The notes beneath the pieces are model-generated. The model was not told where the DNA came from, made no database searches, and saw nothing but the letters and a program-made list of their open reading frames with translations. A program made the translations under genes and the position numbers. From positions 62,001-126,000 of the IMG/VR virus record IMGVR_UViG_3300033143_006101: a DNA stretch of 64,000 nt, one strand, 5' to 3'. Shown here one piece after another: positions 54,099-64,000 of this stretch; position 1 is the first letter of the stretch, and each line of letters begins with the position of its first letter.

Positions 54099-55319
54099 AT
54101 GCAAGAAATTTACATGGAAAAAACTAGCGAGACTGGTGCAAAACTATTCTATGAGTATAAGATAGAAGAAAGCACTGTAAAATTTCGCTGGGGGCAGATT
54201 GGCAGTGACAACATTCAGTCTGATGAACGAACCTTTACAGAAGGTAAGAACATTGGTAAGAAGAATGAGAAGAGTCCGGAACAATGTTGTATAGAAGATA
54301 CGGCGAGAAGGGCTCGGAAGAAACATGAGCAGGGTTATGAAATTATCAAGGGTGAAGGATTTGTTATAGCTAACACAGGTAAAACTGTAAAGGCTACAGA
54401 TCTGAGTGTACCTAAACCCATGAAAGCTCAGACTCTTAAAGACCATTGGAAGAAAATGGATGGAGTTGACGAAGTATACTTCCAACCTAAGCTCGATGGT
54501 AATCGTGGTCTAATCAATATACGAACTGGAAAGATGTATTCCAGTGGTAGAAAAGAGATGACACATTTGCCTGAGATAGTTGAACAAGTAGTAAAAGCTT
54601 GTGAGCCTATCAAAGATGAAGTTGAATGGGTAGACGGTGAATTGTATTCACCCAAGCTTGTATTCAATGACCTTCAGTCTGTACTCAGTACATGGAAGAA
54701 CACTGAGAAAGAAGGACTTGCAGAATTACGGAAAGAAGTAAAGTTCTATTTGTTTGATGTCATATCAGACAAGCCTTTTAGTGAAAGGTTAGAGTTTATT
54801 AAAAAGCTCGAGTCAAATGATAAACTACAAATAGTAAAGACTATTGTAGGTCATCCACACGAAGCAATAGGTAGTCAGGATGACTTCATAGAACTACCTG
54901 AAGGAGTTGTTAGTCTTCATGATGTATTCATTGAAGAAGGTTATGAAGGTATTATGATTCGTACTGTCAAAACTTTAGTACGGAAGGACTGGGTAGATAA
55001 ACCATACGAATCCAAACGCTCTATGCAAATCTTCAAACACAAACTGTTTGATGATGAAGAGTTTGAAGTTATTGGTTTTGAGCCCGAAGAACATGACCCT
55101 ACAAAATTAGGGGCAGGAGTATTGAGGATGAAGAATGATGACACATTCCCTGCCAGACCTGCAATGACTGACGATTATAAAGCAGAGATATGGGCTAATC
55201 AAGATAAGTTTATTGGTCGATTAGCTACTATAAAATTTCAAGGTAAGTTTGCAGACACAGGCAAACCGAGGTTCCCCAGGTTAACCAAGTTCAGATTACC
55301 TGAGGATATTACTGAATAG
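54099..55319 (+). CDS. lig: ATP-dependent DNA ligase with N-terminal WGR-like domain
   Basis: RWGQIG and KKxEQGY (WGR-like); QPKLDGNR, DGELY, FYLFDV, EGYEGIMIR, KRS..IFKHK, KPRFP. Confidence 0.92.
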   Translation: MQEIYMEKTSETGAKLFYEYKIEESTVKFRWGQIGSDNIQSDERTFTEGKNIGKKNEKSPEQCCIEDTARRARKKHEQGYEIIKGEGFVIANTGKTVKATDLSVPKPMKAQTLKDHWKKMDGVDEVYFQPKLDGNRGLINIRTGKMYSSGRKEMTHLPEIVEQVVKACEPIKDEVEWVDGELYSPKLVFNDLQSVLSTWKNTEKEGLAELRKEVKFYLFDVISDKPFSERLEFIKKLESNDKLQIVKTIVGHPHEAIGSQDDFIELPEGVVSLHDVFIEEGYEGIMIRTVKTLVRKDWVDKPYESKRSMQIFKHKLFDDEEFEVIGFEPEEHDPTKLGAGVLRMKNDDTFPARPAMTDDYKAEIWANQDKFIGRLATIKFQGKFADTGKPRFPRLTKFRLPEDITE

Positions 55320-56330
55320 ATTGAAGCTTGCCTCACGGCAGGCTTGAGTTTATTAAAGAGGAAATTATGCTTAAAGTATTAAGCTTACAAATAGTATGTA
55401 CTGAAGACGAGATAGATCATATCATAAAGAAGTTCTACAATACTGATCTCGCTCAAGAAGGTGTGTACTGTTTTGGTGGAGAGCAAAGAGACATCACCAA
55501 CAATGAGTTTGCAGAGATCGAGGGTGAAGTTGACACCGAGATGTTTAGACTGTATGTAAATGCGGAAGACTTTTATCAGTGCGGTAGCTATGAGTCTGTG
55601 TACACCCATCCAGACAACAACGGAGACTGCCTTTACTGTCACAGTGGTAATTGGGTTAAAGGATACATAGATGATCCAGAACCTGAATAATTGATTTACC
55701 CAGCCTTAGGGCTGTGGCAAATTTATTATAGGAGGTAACAATGCATAATTTACATTTAGCAGTAATTATTGCAACAACACCAGAAGATGCTTGTAATCTT
55801 GTAGAAGATGACATTGAAGATTGGGGTAATGAAAACAACTGGAGAACTATCTGCGGTTGTGTATCAGAAGATAATAAAGTATACATTCATGATGATGGTG
55901 GACGATTTCCACCAAAAGAAAATGCAACTATAGAAACAATTAACAAAATGACTAGAGCATGGATGGGAGTTGAACAGCCAGGTATATTTAATACAGAGGG
56001 CAGAACCGAAGCGGAAAAGCATATGCAACGCCATCTTAATGGTGAACAGTTAAAACATATAGAATGGTATGCAATTGAAAGGTATGCTGAACACATGGGT
56101 GCTGTAGTTACAACCAAATCCTTTTCTATGGAAAAAAATAAAGAGTTTAGCGTATTAAAACATACTTTTAAAGAGTGGAACTTGGATGAATGTAGTGTAA
56201 CTTCTTGCATTAGTACTGCAGAAGAAATAACTGAAGGTGAAAAACGATATGTAGTTTTTATCGATATGCATAGTTAAGATTTATGCCTGGACTAATCTAG
56301 GCACAAGTTTTAAACTAAGGAGGTAATACT

Positions 56331-57338
56331 ATGGGCCGTGCACTTCATTTTAGTGTAAAACCAGACAAACCGTTTACTGACACTCAGATAGATAAAATGT
56401 ATGAAATATCTATGAAATTTAATAGTGGAAAATTCAAGGATGTTTGGACTTGCGAGAACTTCTGGTGTGATCCTTGCAACTATTATCCTAATTGGGATGA
56501 CCCGAAAGGGATATACAAAGAAGTAAAGGACGGAGAGCATTGGGAGATAATCGACAAGAGGTACTCAGAATTATTCAATGTAAATCGTAGCCGTGCCAAA
56601 ACCAGCAGACAGTTGGAGAAGGAAGGTTACATACAATTTTATAATAGTAACCCAAGAAAAGAATCACATGGTTTCTGCAAAGTACAGGGTAATGAATACA
56701 ATAGTTTACTCGTACTTCTTGCACTTGTTGAAATATCTGAAGCGATACCTAAAGCTGACATCAGAGTTAATGATGAAGGTGAGTTTCTTCTTTGTGAAAT
56801 CAAACTAAGAAACGGTAAAGCTTGCCCAGACTTGAGAGAAATGAAGAGTGATGTACTTCGCTATGCTGGGTACACACTTCTCAGTAAGCCACACTTTCTA
56901 AAGAAATTGAAGGAAGTAAAAGGTCTGGACAAAACCATAGCAACTGATCTTGGCATTGGAAATAGTTATGGTGAAATGCAATTGGAATATATTGATGAGA
57001 CATTACGCAATCTTAAGCTAGTACTCTCAAGAATTGTTCCTGTATACGAAAAGAGAAAAGAAAACCAAGGTGGCCGATTCGGTTCTTCTCCTGCATGTAT
57101 TCATAACTTAATGAATCCACCAGGATATGATCCTTTCCTATTGACCCGAGCAGATCAACTTGACATTCAGAAGTTTGCTAATTACAAGATGACACCTGAT
57201 ACCATGATGGATGGTTTTCGTGGTGAAGGTTTTGGATTAGCTGACCCAGAGAATGCTGTTAAACTGGCTCAGAATATGACTGCTATGATTAAAAAAGCTG
57301 TAGGAGATGAAGGTAAACTTCAGGTCCTCGGTGAGTAA
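56331..57338 (+). CDS. Hypothetical protein
   Basis: 335-aa ORF with SD aaggagg. Confidence 0.65.
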   Translation: MGRALHFSVKPDKPFTDTQIDKMYEISMKFNSGKFKDVWTCENFWCDPCNYYPNWDDPKGIYKEVKDGEHWEIIDKRYSELFNVNRSRAKTSRQLEKEGYIQFYNSNPRKESHGFCKVQGNEYNSLLVLLALVEISEAIPKADIRVNDEGEFLLCEIKLRNGKACPDLREMKSDVLRYAGYTLLSKPHFLKKLKEVKGLDKTIATDLGIGNSYGEMQLEYIDETLRNLKLVLSRIVPVYEKRKENQGGRFGSSPACIHNLMNPPGYDPFLLTRADQLDIQKFANYKMTPDTMMDGFRGEGFGLADPENAVKLAQNMTAMIKKAVGDEGKLQVLGE

Positions 57339-57383
57339 AATTTCTGCCTGCCCTTCGGGGCAAGCACAAGTTTTAATAGGAGG
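57333..57383 (+). repeat. 51-bp element identical to 57937-57987; the two copies flank a single gene
   Basis: gagtaaaatttctgcctgcccttcggggcaagcacaagttttaataggagg occurs twice; related copies at ~58298 and ~58677. Confidence 0.92.
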
Positions 57384-57390
57384 AAAATTT

Positions 57391-57942
57391 ATGGGATATT
57401 ATACTTATTACAAAATAGATTATCAATTGGATAAGAGCACAAACAGTAATGAAATAGACAGAGTCATCGGAGAAGATGACAATCTGGAATACGCATTTAA
57501 CGGTGATGAAAGTATTAAATGGTATGATCATGTTGATGATATGAGAATACTCTCTCTCCGATTTCCTAAAGTACTCTTCACCTTACAAGGAGAAGGGGAA
57601 GAATATGGAGATGTCTGGAAAAAATATTTCTTAAATGGTCAAACGCAAGAAGCTCAAGGCGTAATAACCTATCCGGTTTTTGATAAATCTAAACTAGACG
57701 ATTGCCCAAAGGCAATTCATGATAAATTTAAATCCATGCGAGAAGTAGAAAGACAGGCACCCACTGTACTAAGTAAAGACGTAGGAGACATTATTTATAA
57801 AGTACAAGTGAGGGGTAAAGAATACACAGTAAAAGTAAACGATTCTGAAACAACAATATTCGCAACCTCGGGAGAAAAAATAACAAATGAAGATCTAAAA
57901 ACAGAACTACTAGACATCATTAAAAATAACCCCGACGAGTAA
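57391..57942 (+). CDS. Conserved phage hypothetical protein
   Basis: MGYYTYY...KWYDH..DM..LS.RFP.VLF.L.GEGEE.GD.WKKYF.NG. Confidence 0.65.
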   Translation: MGYYTYYKIDYQLDKSTNSNEIDRVIGEDDNLEYAFNGDESIKWYDHVDDMRILSLRFPKVLFTLQGEGEEYGDVWKKYFLNGQTQEAQGVITYPVFDKSKLDDCPKAIHDKFKSMREVERQAPTVLSKDVGDIIYKVQVRGKEYTVKVNDSETTIFATSGEKITNEDLKTELLDIIKNNPDE

Positions 57943-59452
57943 AATTTCTGCCTGCCCTTCGGGGCAAGCACAAGTTTTAATAGGAGGTAACAATATGAAA
58001 ACAGCAATATTTGATAATGGAGACGTGTCTTTTGATCGCTATACTTTTATAAATGAAGATGGTGATATCTTTGGAAGCTCTGAAGATCCCCATCAGCCAC
58101 AAGGCTTCGGTCAATTTTGTGGTAACATTAAAGACCCCAGCTATGGTAAATGGAAAACTGTTGGGGAATTTATAAAAGAAGCAATTGAAGACAAGCGTCT
58201 TGGAGAGCTTATTGACTTCAAAGACATACCTGAAAGAGTACAACAATTTATTGAAGAAAGGAGATAAGCTTCACGTCTTAGGAAAGTAAGATTTTTACCT
58301 GCCCTTCGGGGCAAGCACAAATTTTAAACAGGAGGTATATGACGAATAAATTAAAAGGAAAGCATGTGACAATCATGGGACGTAGATGGTTTGATACAGC
58401 CAATGGTAACACGTATCATGTAGTCAGAGTATTTATTAATCAAGACCTACTTGTTACAAGTGACTTCACATATGGTTATGAAAACCACTACAAACAAACA
58501 GCTTTCGAATTATTACAACAACATGGATTTGTCAAAAAGACTGGGGAAAGATCTAATGGTATGGATGCTGACTACCTTAGGTATACTCAGTATATTCGTG
58601 ACAACCGAAAGAACTTTCTATTCACAGTAACTGATCATGATAGAAAGAAAGACTTACTAGATTGGTAGTAAGATTTATGCATGTCCTTCGGGACAAGCAC
58701 AAGTTTTATTAAGGAGATAACAATATGAAAAGATATGAATTTTCAATTACGCTTGGTGGATATGGTGACAATGCTGATGAAGCGTGGGTTGATGCTGTAG
58801 AAGGTTTCCAACAGGACCTGGGAGCTACACCAGATGAAGATGATTATACTGTAGAAGAAGAGGAGAAAGACTAATGGGATACAAAAAAATGACACTTGAA
58901 CAGTCAGATGATGATAATGTTCAAGATGATAATGAGTATGTCCCGACACGAAGCGAGTCCTTTCTATTTGGATTACAAGATGGTTGGGGCACAGTACCTA
59001 AAACAATAATACAATTATTTTTAGGGATTATTATAACGATATTAGTTCTTGGTCTAGTATGCTGAGAGGGTATCGAACCTTTAAGGAGGAACATTATGAG
59101 TTTCTTAGAAGATTATGATAGGAATTGGAATAATCTTAAAGAGCAAGACAAACAAGCTAAAGAAAGTGGAGTGATAGTAGGTCGTTATATACAACACCAA
59201 TATGCAGATGGGCATGCTATCTATACCATCGTTAAAGAGAACAAGAATTCTGTACGAATAGAACATTGTGCTCTTGGTGGTGATGATTGGGTCCTGCCTG
59301 CATGGGGATATAAAGCTACTATTGATAAAAATTTAGCTCTAACCAACCTCAATCAAAGAGATAGGTTGGCCGAAATATTTAGCCGTAAGAGAGCATAAGA
59401 ATTATGTTTGGGCTATTGCCCAGACACAAATCTTATTAGGAGGTAATGATTA

Positions 59453-60082
59453 TTGGATAATTTACAATTTGAAATATCTAATGGAAATACTTATCAATTT
59501 TCATTTCATCAAAATCGACATAAGATGAATGGAATGTATTCATTAAGTACAAGCACCAAAGCTAATAAGTTTTGTCAGGTTATGCATCAAGAAGCTGATT
59601 GCGTATGTTCTAGTTGTTATGCTTATACTTTAGAAAGTATGAGAGATAATGTACGTAAACGCTATATATTAAATGGGAAAACATTATCTGACAGACTACT
59701 CAAAGATAGTGAAATTGCTATCATTGATTTTGATTTTGTTAGATTCAATGCATTCGGTGAGTTATTAAACTTGACTCATTACTTTAATCTTATGGCGATG
59801 GTGGAAGCAAATCCTGATACAACTTTTGCTCTGTGGACCAAACGACCTGTGTTAATAAAAGATCATATGGTTAAATGGGATAACCTTTTCTATATCTATT
59901 CTTCTCTTATGAAGAATGAAGAGGCCGAATTACCTAAATCTTTTGACAAGGTTTTTACTGTGTTCAATAAGCCTTATGCTAGAGAACATAATATATCAAT
60001 CAATTGCACACAGAGTTGCCGTACATGTTTGTTGTGTTACACCAAAAATGATGTAACACATATTCGTGAACTAATAAGATAA
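59453..60082 (+). CDS. GP88-like (radical-SAM-related Fe-S) protein
   Basis: C...C.CSSCYA, VRFNAFGE, FALWTK, C-terminal NC..SC.TC.LCY. Confidence 0.6.
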   Translation: MDNLQFEISNGNTYQFSFHQNRHKMNGMYSLSTSTKANKFCQVMHQEADCVCSSCYAYTLESMRDNVRKRYILNGKTLSDRLLKDSEIAIIDFDFVRFNAFGELLNLTHYFNLMAMVEANPDTTFALWTKRPVLIKDHMVKWDNLFYIYSSLMKNEEAELPKSFDKVFTVFNKPYAREHNISINCTQSCRTCLLCYTKNDVTHIRELIR

Positions 60083-60149
60083 TTGGTTTACCCCACATTG
60101 CTATGGATCCATAGTAGTGTGGTGCAAATTTTTTATAAGGAGGTATCAT

Positions 60150-60884
60150 ATGCCAAATCATGTACTTAACATAATGATTCTTAGTGGAGAAGAAAAAGAC
60201 ATTGCTAAACTGAGGGAGAGTATTAAAGGAGTTGATGATGACGGTGAAGAAATGCCCATCGACTTTGACAAAATAATGCCTATGCCCAAAGATTTACGTA
60301 TTGACAGTGTTCATAGTGGTATCATTTCAGCAGCTAAATGGGCTCTAAAAGAAATCAATTTGGAACCTAGATATCCTGGAGATATGAATGACATGTCTAC
60401 GGTTATTAACGCTATGGAAACACAAAATGCTTTTAAAGAAAAATCACCATTGGAATTTAGTGATGAAGATTGGGATGTGTTTATCCAAGTATTACAAAAC
60501 TACAAGAAGCATGGAGTAGGATATTGGTATGATTGGACTAGAGCTAACTGGGATACTAAATGGAATGCATATAGCCAGCGGGAAGAAGATGGAACAATAC
60601 GTTTTGACACTGCCTGGAGCACTCCATGTAAAGTTATTCAAAAGTTGAGCAAACAACATCCTGAAGTTAAGATAGAAATACATTATGCTGATGAAGACAC
60701 AGGATGTAATTGTGGAATGTATGTCTTTAAGAATGGTAAACAAACAATGCATTACGAACCAGATTATGATGATCGTAAAGCGTCTGTCAAGTACGCTCTT
60801 AGTGTACGTGGCATTACGGACCCTGATATAATCAGGGAACATGGATATGATCCAAAAACATTTGAATACATAGAAGAAGAATAA
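60150..60884 (+). CDS. YubB/DUF1281-like ferredoxin-fold protein
   Basis: MPNH..N, DFDKI.PMP, WYDW.R.NW.TKWNA, F.TAWS.P, ..YADED.G.NCG. Confidence 0.75.
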   Translation: MPNHVLNIMILSGEEKDIAKLRESIKGVDDDGEEMPIDFDKIMPMPKDLRIDSVHSGIISAAKWALKEINLEPRYPGDMNDMSTVINAMETQNAFKEKSPLEFSDEDWDVFIQVLQNYKKHGVGYWYDWTRANWDTKWNAYSQREEDGTIRFDTAWSTPCKVIQKLSKQHPEVKIEIHYADEDTGCNCGMYVFKNGKQTMHYEPDYDDRKASVKYALSVRGITDPDIIREHGYDPKTFEYIEEE

Positions 60885-61429
60885 TTAAAGCTGTTCCCTT
60901 CGGGGAACAACTGTAATTCTTTTAAGGAGGAACAAATGGGATATACAACAGAATTCCAAGGTGAATTCAAAATTGATAAACCAGTTGATGAGGATACGTA
61001 CAAACTTCTTGTAGGACTTAACACAACGAGAAGAATGAAGCGTGACCCTAAGAAGCTGGCTAAGAGACTTGGTAAAACTACTGAAGAAGTTATTGAACTT
61101 TACGGTAAAGAGTGTGACTTGTGGGTTGGTGATACAGACGACTTTGGCCAAGAGAAACCACAGGAAGATAATCCTTTCGGTGAAGAATCCAACGGAAAAT
61201 ATTATCCTGTAAAAGTTTTACAAAAGGTTCCGCTAAAAGAGGTAACCGATACCCAAATGCAGATAATATACTTGGAAGATCAAATCGAACAGTGCAAGAA
61301 AGATTGCCCTGACGATGTACCAGAGCTTGAAGAATCACTAAAAGAACTTAAAGCGAAAGAATAAAACCTTAACCCACACTTGATGAATTTAATACAAGTG
61401 TAGGTTAAATTTTTATAAGGAGGAACTTT

Positions 61430-61963
61430 ATGAAAATAGATACAGTGAATAAATTTCTTATGATTTTATTACTTATTGCAATAGGATCATTCTTCTTTTG
61501 TGAGAAGGGTGGTTCCAACGAATCCAGTACAGCACAAGCAGAAACCTGCCCCACATGTGACGTGTGTGAAGTATGCGAAGTGTGTGAGGTATGTGAAGTG
61601 TGTGAGGTATGTCCGGAAACGGATCCGCCAGGTATTATTGGATGGAAGTTCTGGAGTAATAACTTTCCTATTACTAGTGGAGACACAATTGATAGTAATA
61701 GAATATTCTACCTTGAAATAGATGAAAGTTTGGATTCTGTTAATTCCACTATTACAATATTTAAACTCGGGGTTAATAGTTATACAGAAGTTACCCCACC
61801 TGCTGGATATGGTTGGCAATCTGGTAATACAGTATTGCAGATCTTAGTATCCGGTGGTAATTGGTGGCCTGTAGGATCATATGTTATCGTAGGCACTCTA
61901 ATTGATAGTGCAGGTAATGCTTTTACTCTGCCACCTTTCTTATTTACTACAGTTGATCCGTAA
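61430..61963 (+). CDS. Membrane/lipoprotein-like protein with a (CxV)n Cys repeat
   Basis: Hydrophobic signal ending FFFC, polar linker, CPTCDV(CEV)5CP, then a beta-sandwich-like domain. Confidence 0.65.
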   Translation: MKIDTVNKFLMILLLIAIGSFFFCEKGGSNESSTAQAETCPTCDVCEVCEVCEVCEVCEVCPETDPPGIIGWKFWSNNFPITSGDTIDSNRIFYLEIDESLDSVNSTITIFKLGVNSYTEVTPPAGYGWQSGNTVLQILVSGGNWWPVGSYVIVGTLIDSAGNAFTLPPFLFTTVDP

Positions 61964-62023
61964 GAATTATAGGACTTCAAGTGTATCTTGGAGTCTTATA
62001 TTTTTTATTAAGGAGGAAGTATT

Positions 62024-62365
62024 ATGACAGAGATATTAGACAATGGTCTTGAGATAGAAAAGACTTTAGTTGTTAGTACAATTCATATAATGGAAGCTGA
62101 CGATGCTTTTTTTACTCAACTTCAAATTGAGCCTTTTAAATTAACACCCCCACTCATTATAGATGATTTAACATATGGTTGGTATATTTATATACCTTCT
62201 GATGAGAATGATTTTAATGAGACTTGTAAATCTATTCAAGAAGATACTAGCTTGAGTGATATCTTTTTGGACTTGTTTAAATTAACACGAGAACTTGACT
62301 GTCGCTATCTCAAACTAGATAGGGATGGGCCTATCGCACCTGATCTTCCCCAGGGTGATTGGTAA
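62024..62365 (+). CDS. DUF5983-like protein
   Basis: LVVST.HI...D; YGW.I; C.YL.LD.DGP....LP..DW. Confidence 0.55.
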   Translation: MTEILDNGLEIEKTLVVSTIHIMEADDAFFTQLQIEPFKLTPPLIIDDLTYGWYIYIPSDENDFNETCKSIQEDTSLSDIFLDLFKLTRELDCRYLKLDRDGPIAPDLPQGDW

Positions 62366-64000
62366 ACAACATGAAAACTTAACCTACAACTGTGGATCCA
62401 TAGCAGATGTAGGGTAATTTTTTATGAGGAGGTATTATATATTGACAGATGAGCAACAGAAAAAGTATCTAGAACAGGGTGGTATTCGTTGTCCTTATTG
62501 TAATAGTGTAGACATTACAACCACACAACCTGTACAAACTGATATAGGTATTGCTTGGCAGAATATTTGTTGTAACGATTGTACAGAAGAATGGACAGAT
62601 GAAAATACTCTTACTAATGTAAAACCAAGTTAGATTGATGCTTGCCCTGAGGCAAGCATGAGTTTAATATAGGAGGTAATATGAATCCATACGAAAAAGA
62701 AGGGTATCTTAAACCGGTAATTCCGTATGTTCAAAGAAGTCCCGAAACAGAAAAACTGCATAAAGCAGAAGAGAATATGATAGAAGCTATATTTAAAACA
62801 ACACAGGCATTTAGATCAATTTTTAAAACAAAAGGACTCTATCAACATATCTGGAAAGAAGCTTTACCAGAAGTATTAGTACAGGCTCTTGAAGGTTTTG
62901 ATAGACCAGCAGCAGAACTTGCAGCTATAGCTTTTCTGGAAAAACAGGGTTATACTATTACAAAATAGGAGGTGCTATGAAAGTACCCAATAAGAAAAAG
63001 TTAAAGAAGTTAGATGTTTTCAGAGCAACAGATCAACCAGAGGAGTGTAGTCAATGTAGTAGCCGTACTGACTTTGAGAATATAAATGAAATCCAAGAGT
63101 ACCACGAGTGTCTTAATTGCGGTTTTGAATTTATACTTGATCATACAGAGGACTACTATCATGAGTTCTCCGTCACCTTTGACATAGAAAGTACAATGGA
63201 TCCTGACGACATTCCTTATGCAGAATTGATAAGGCTCTGCGGGGATTGGCAGACTACCTGGAGAAAAATCCAGATAGAAATGCTTTCAAATATGAAGATG
63301 GAGACCCTGACAAATAGTATATTCAATATGCGGTAATTCTATTAATACTTGAATTACTGCACATTTATTATATTAAGGAGGTAACATGAAATATACAGTA
63401 AAAGCAGTAAAATTTTCACCTGGACATGATAGTTGCTGTATGAATTGTAACCTATATCACGGCAAGAAAAAAATTGCAAGTGTATGGGATGATTCTTATG
63501 GTGGTGGCTATCAGTATACATGGGTATCTGACGAAGAAGAAAAAGAATTTTTAAATCATGTAAAAAGCCAGCCTCAATGGGAATCAGAATTTACTAAAGG
63601 TAAAAAGTTTAATATGACTAATGATATCTATATTCATAGATTAATTAAGCAAGTTGAAAAAGAAAAAGAGGAAAAGAAAAGAATTAAACTGTATGAAAAA
63701 GCAATAGTTGTAATGACTAAAGATGACGACAGCGATTATTCTTATTTTCGCATGCCGAAAGGTAAGACAGTTGCCATGATACCCAAAGAAGTATTACGTA
63801 ATTGGGTATCCGATATTGAGAGAGATTTAAAACCCGATGAATATATTGCTAACACAAACATTTAACTAACACACCCAAGCTACATGCTTGGGTGTGTTAG
63901 TTAACAGGAGGTACTATGGTAAAAGGAACTAAAACACTTCTCGCCAGAAGAGAAGGTAAAGATTATTTCTTTACATATCTTGTAGAAGATCAAGATGAAA

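Larger units (their letters stand above)
34430..63910 (+). promoter_or_regulatory. Dispersed family of about 50 intergenic stem-loops between stop codon and next Shine-Dalgarno
   Basis: Examples at 39891-39925, 40665, 42525, 42773, 43361, 44422, 48402, 48877, 51292, 55321, 56282, 59402, 62636 and 63862-63904. Confidence 0.85.

Noticed and set aside
34430-63910. Integron with attC sites
   Set aside because: No tyrosine integrase in the window, and the hairpin ends do not follow the RYYYAAC/GTTRRRY consensus.
1-64000. Genome-wide stop-codon reassignment (TAG or TAA) explaining the broken ORFs
   Set aside because: TAG and TAA end many genes exactly where the next SD or hairpin begins (e.g. 4059, 7585, 17611, 53671), and 1,000+-aa ORFs are intact in the standard code.

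Overview
This is a fragment of a large, AT-rich dsDNA bacteriophage genome; the host cannot be determined from the sequence. It has three blocks. (1) 1-17.6 kb, + strand: tail/virion proteins (one with three LamG-like repeats), a lysis cassette with an L,D-transpeptidase-like lysin, an atypical PolX, a HAD nucleotidase and a C-terminally truncated NAD-dependent ligase. (2) 17.6-33.2 kb, mostly - strand: small genes and a pyrE-pyrD-pyrF cluster, interrupted by a + strand island at about 30.6-32.9 kb. (3) 33.2-64 kb, + strand: a repeat-rich non-coding switch region, then dozens of small early-type genes, most separated by a stop-hairpin-AT tract-AGGAGG module (Gam-like, SSB, DUF932, two HNH, ATP-dependent ligase, GP88-like). 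The strongest candidate for a new system is the + strand island. It contains a sigma70 promoter with three tandem operator-like palindromes, then a small RHH-like gene, an accessory gene, and a Cas7/RAMP-like gene broken by one in-frame TAA. These are followed by a non-coding array in which three covarying tRNA-like cloverleaves flank two ~65-nt tracts of ten (AGA-NN) pentamers with variable NN. This looks like a phage RNA-guided system with a gapped dinucleotide code and tRNA-like processing. A dispersed 18-bp palindrome (AACTATGGATCCATAGTT) and the cassette-like hairpin architecture are also notable. All family assignments come from motif recognition by eye, not from database searches.
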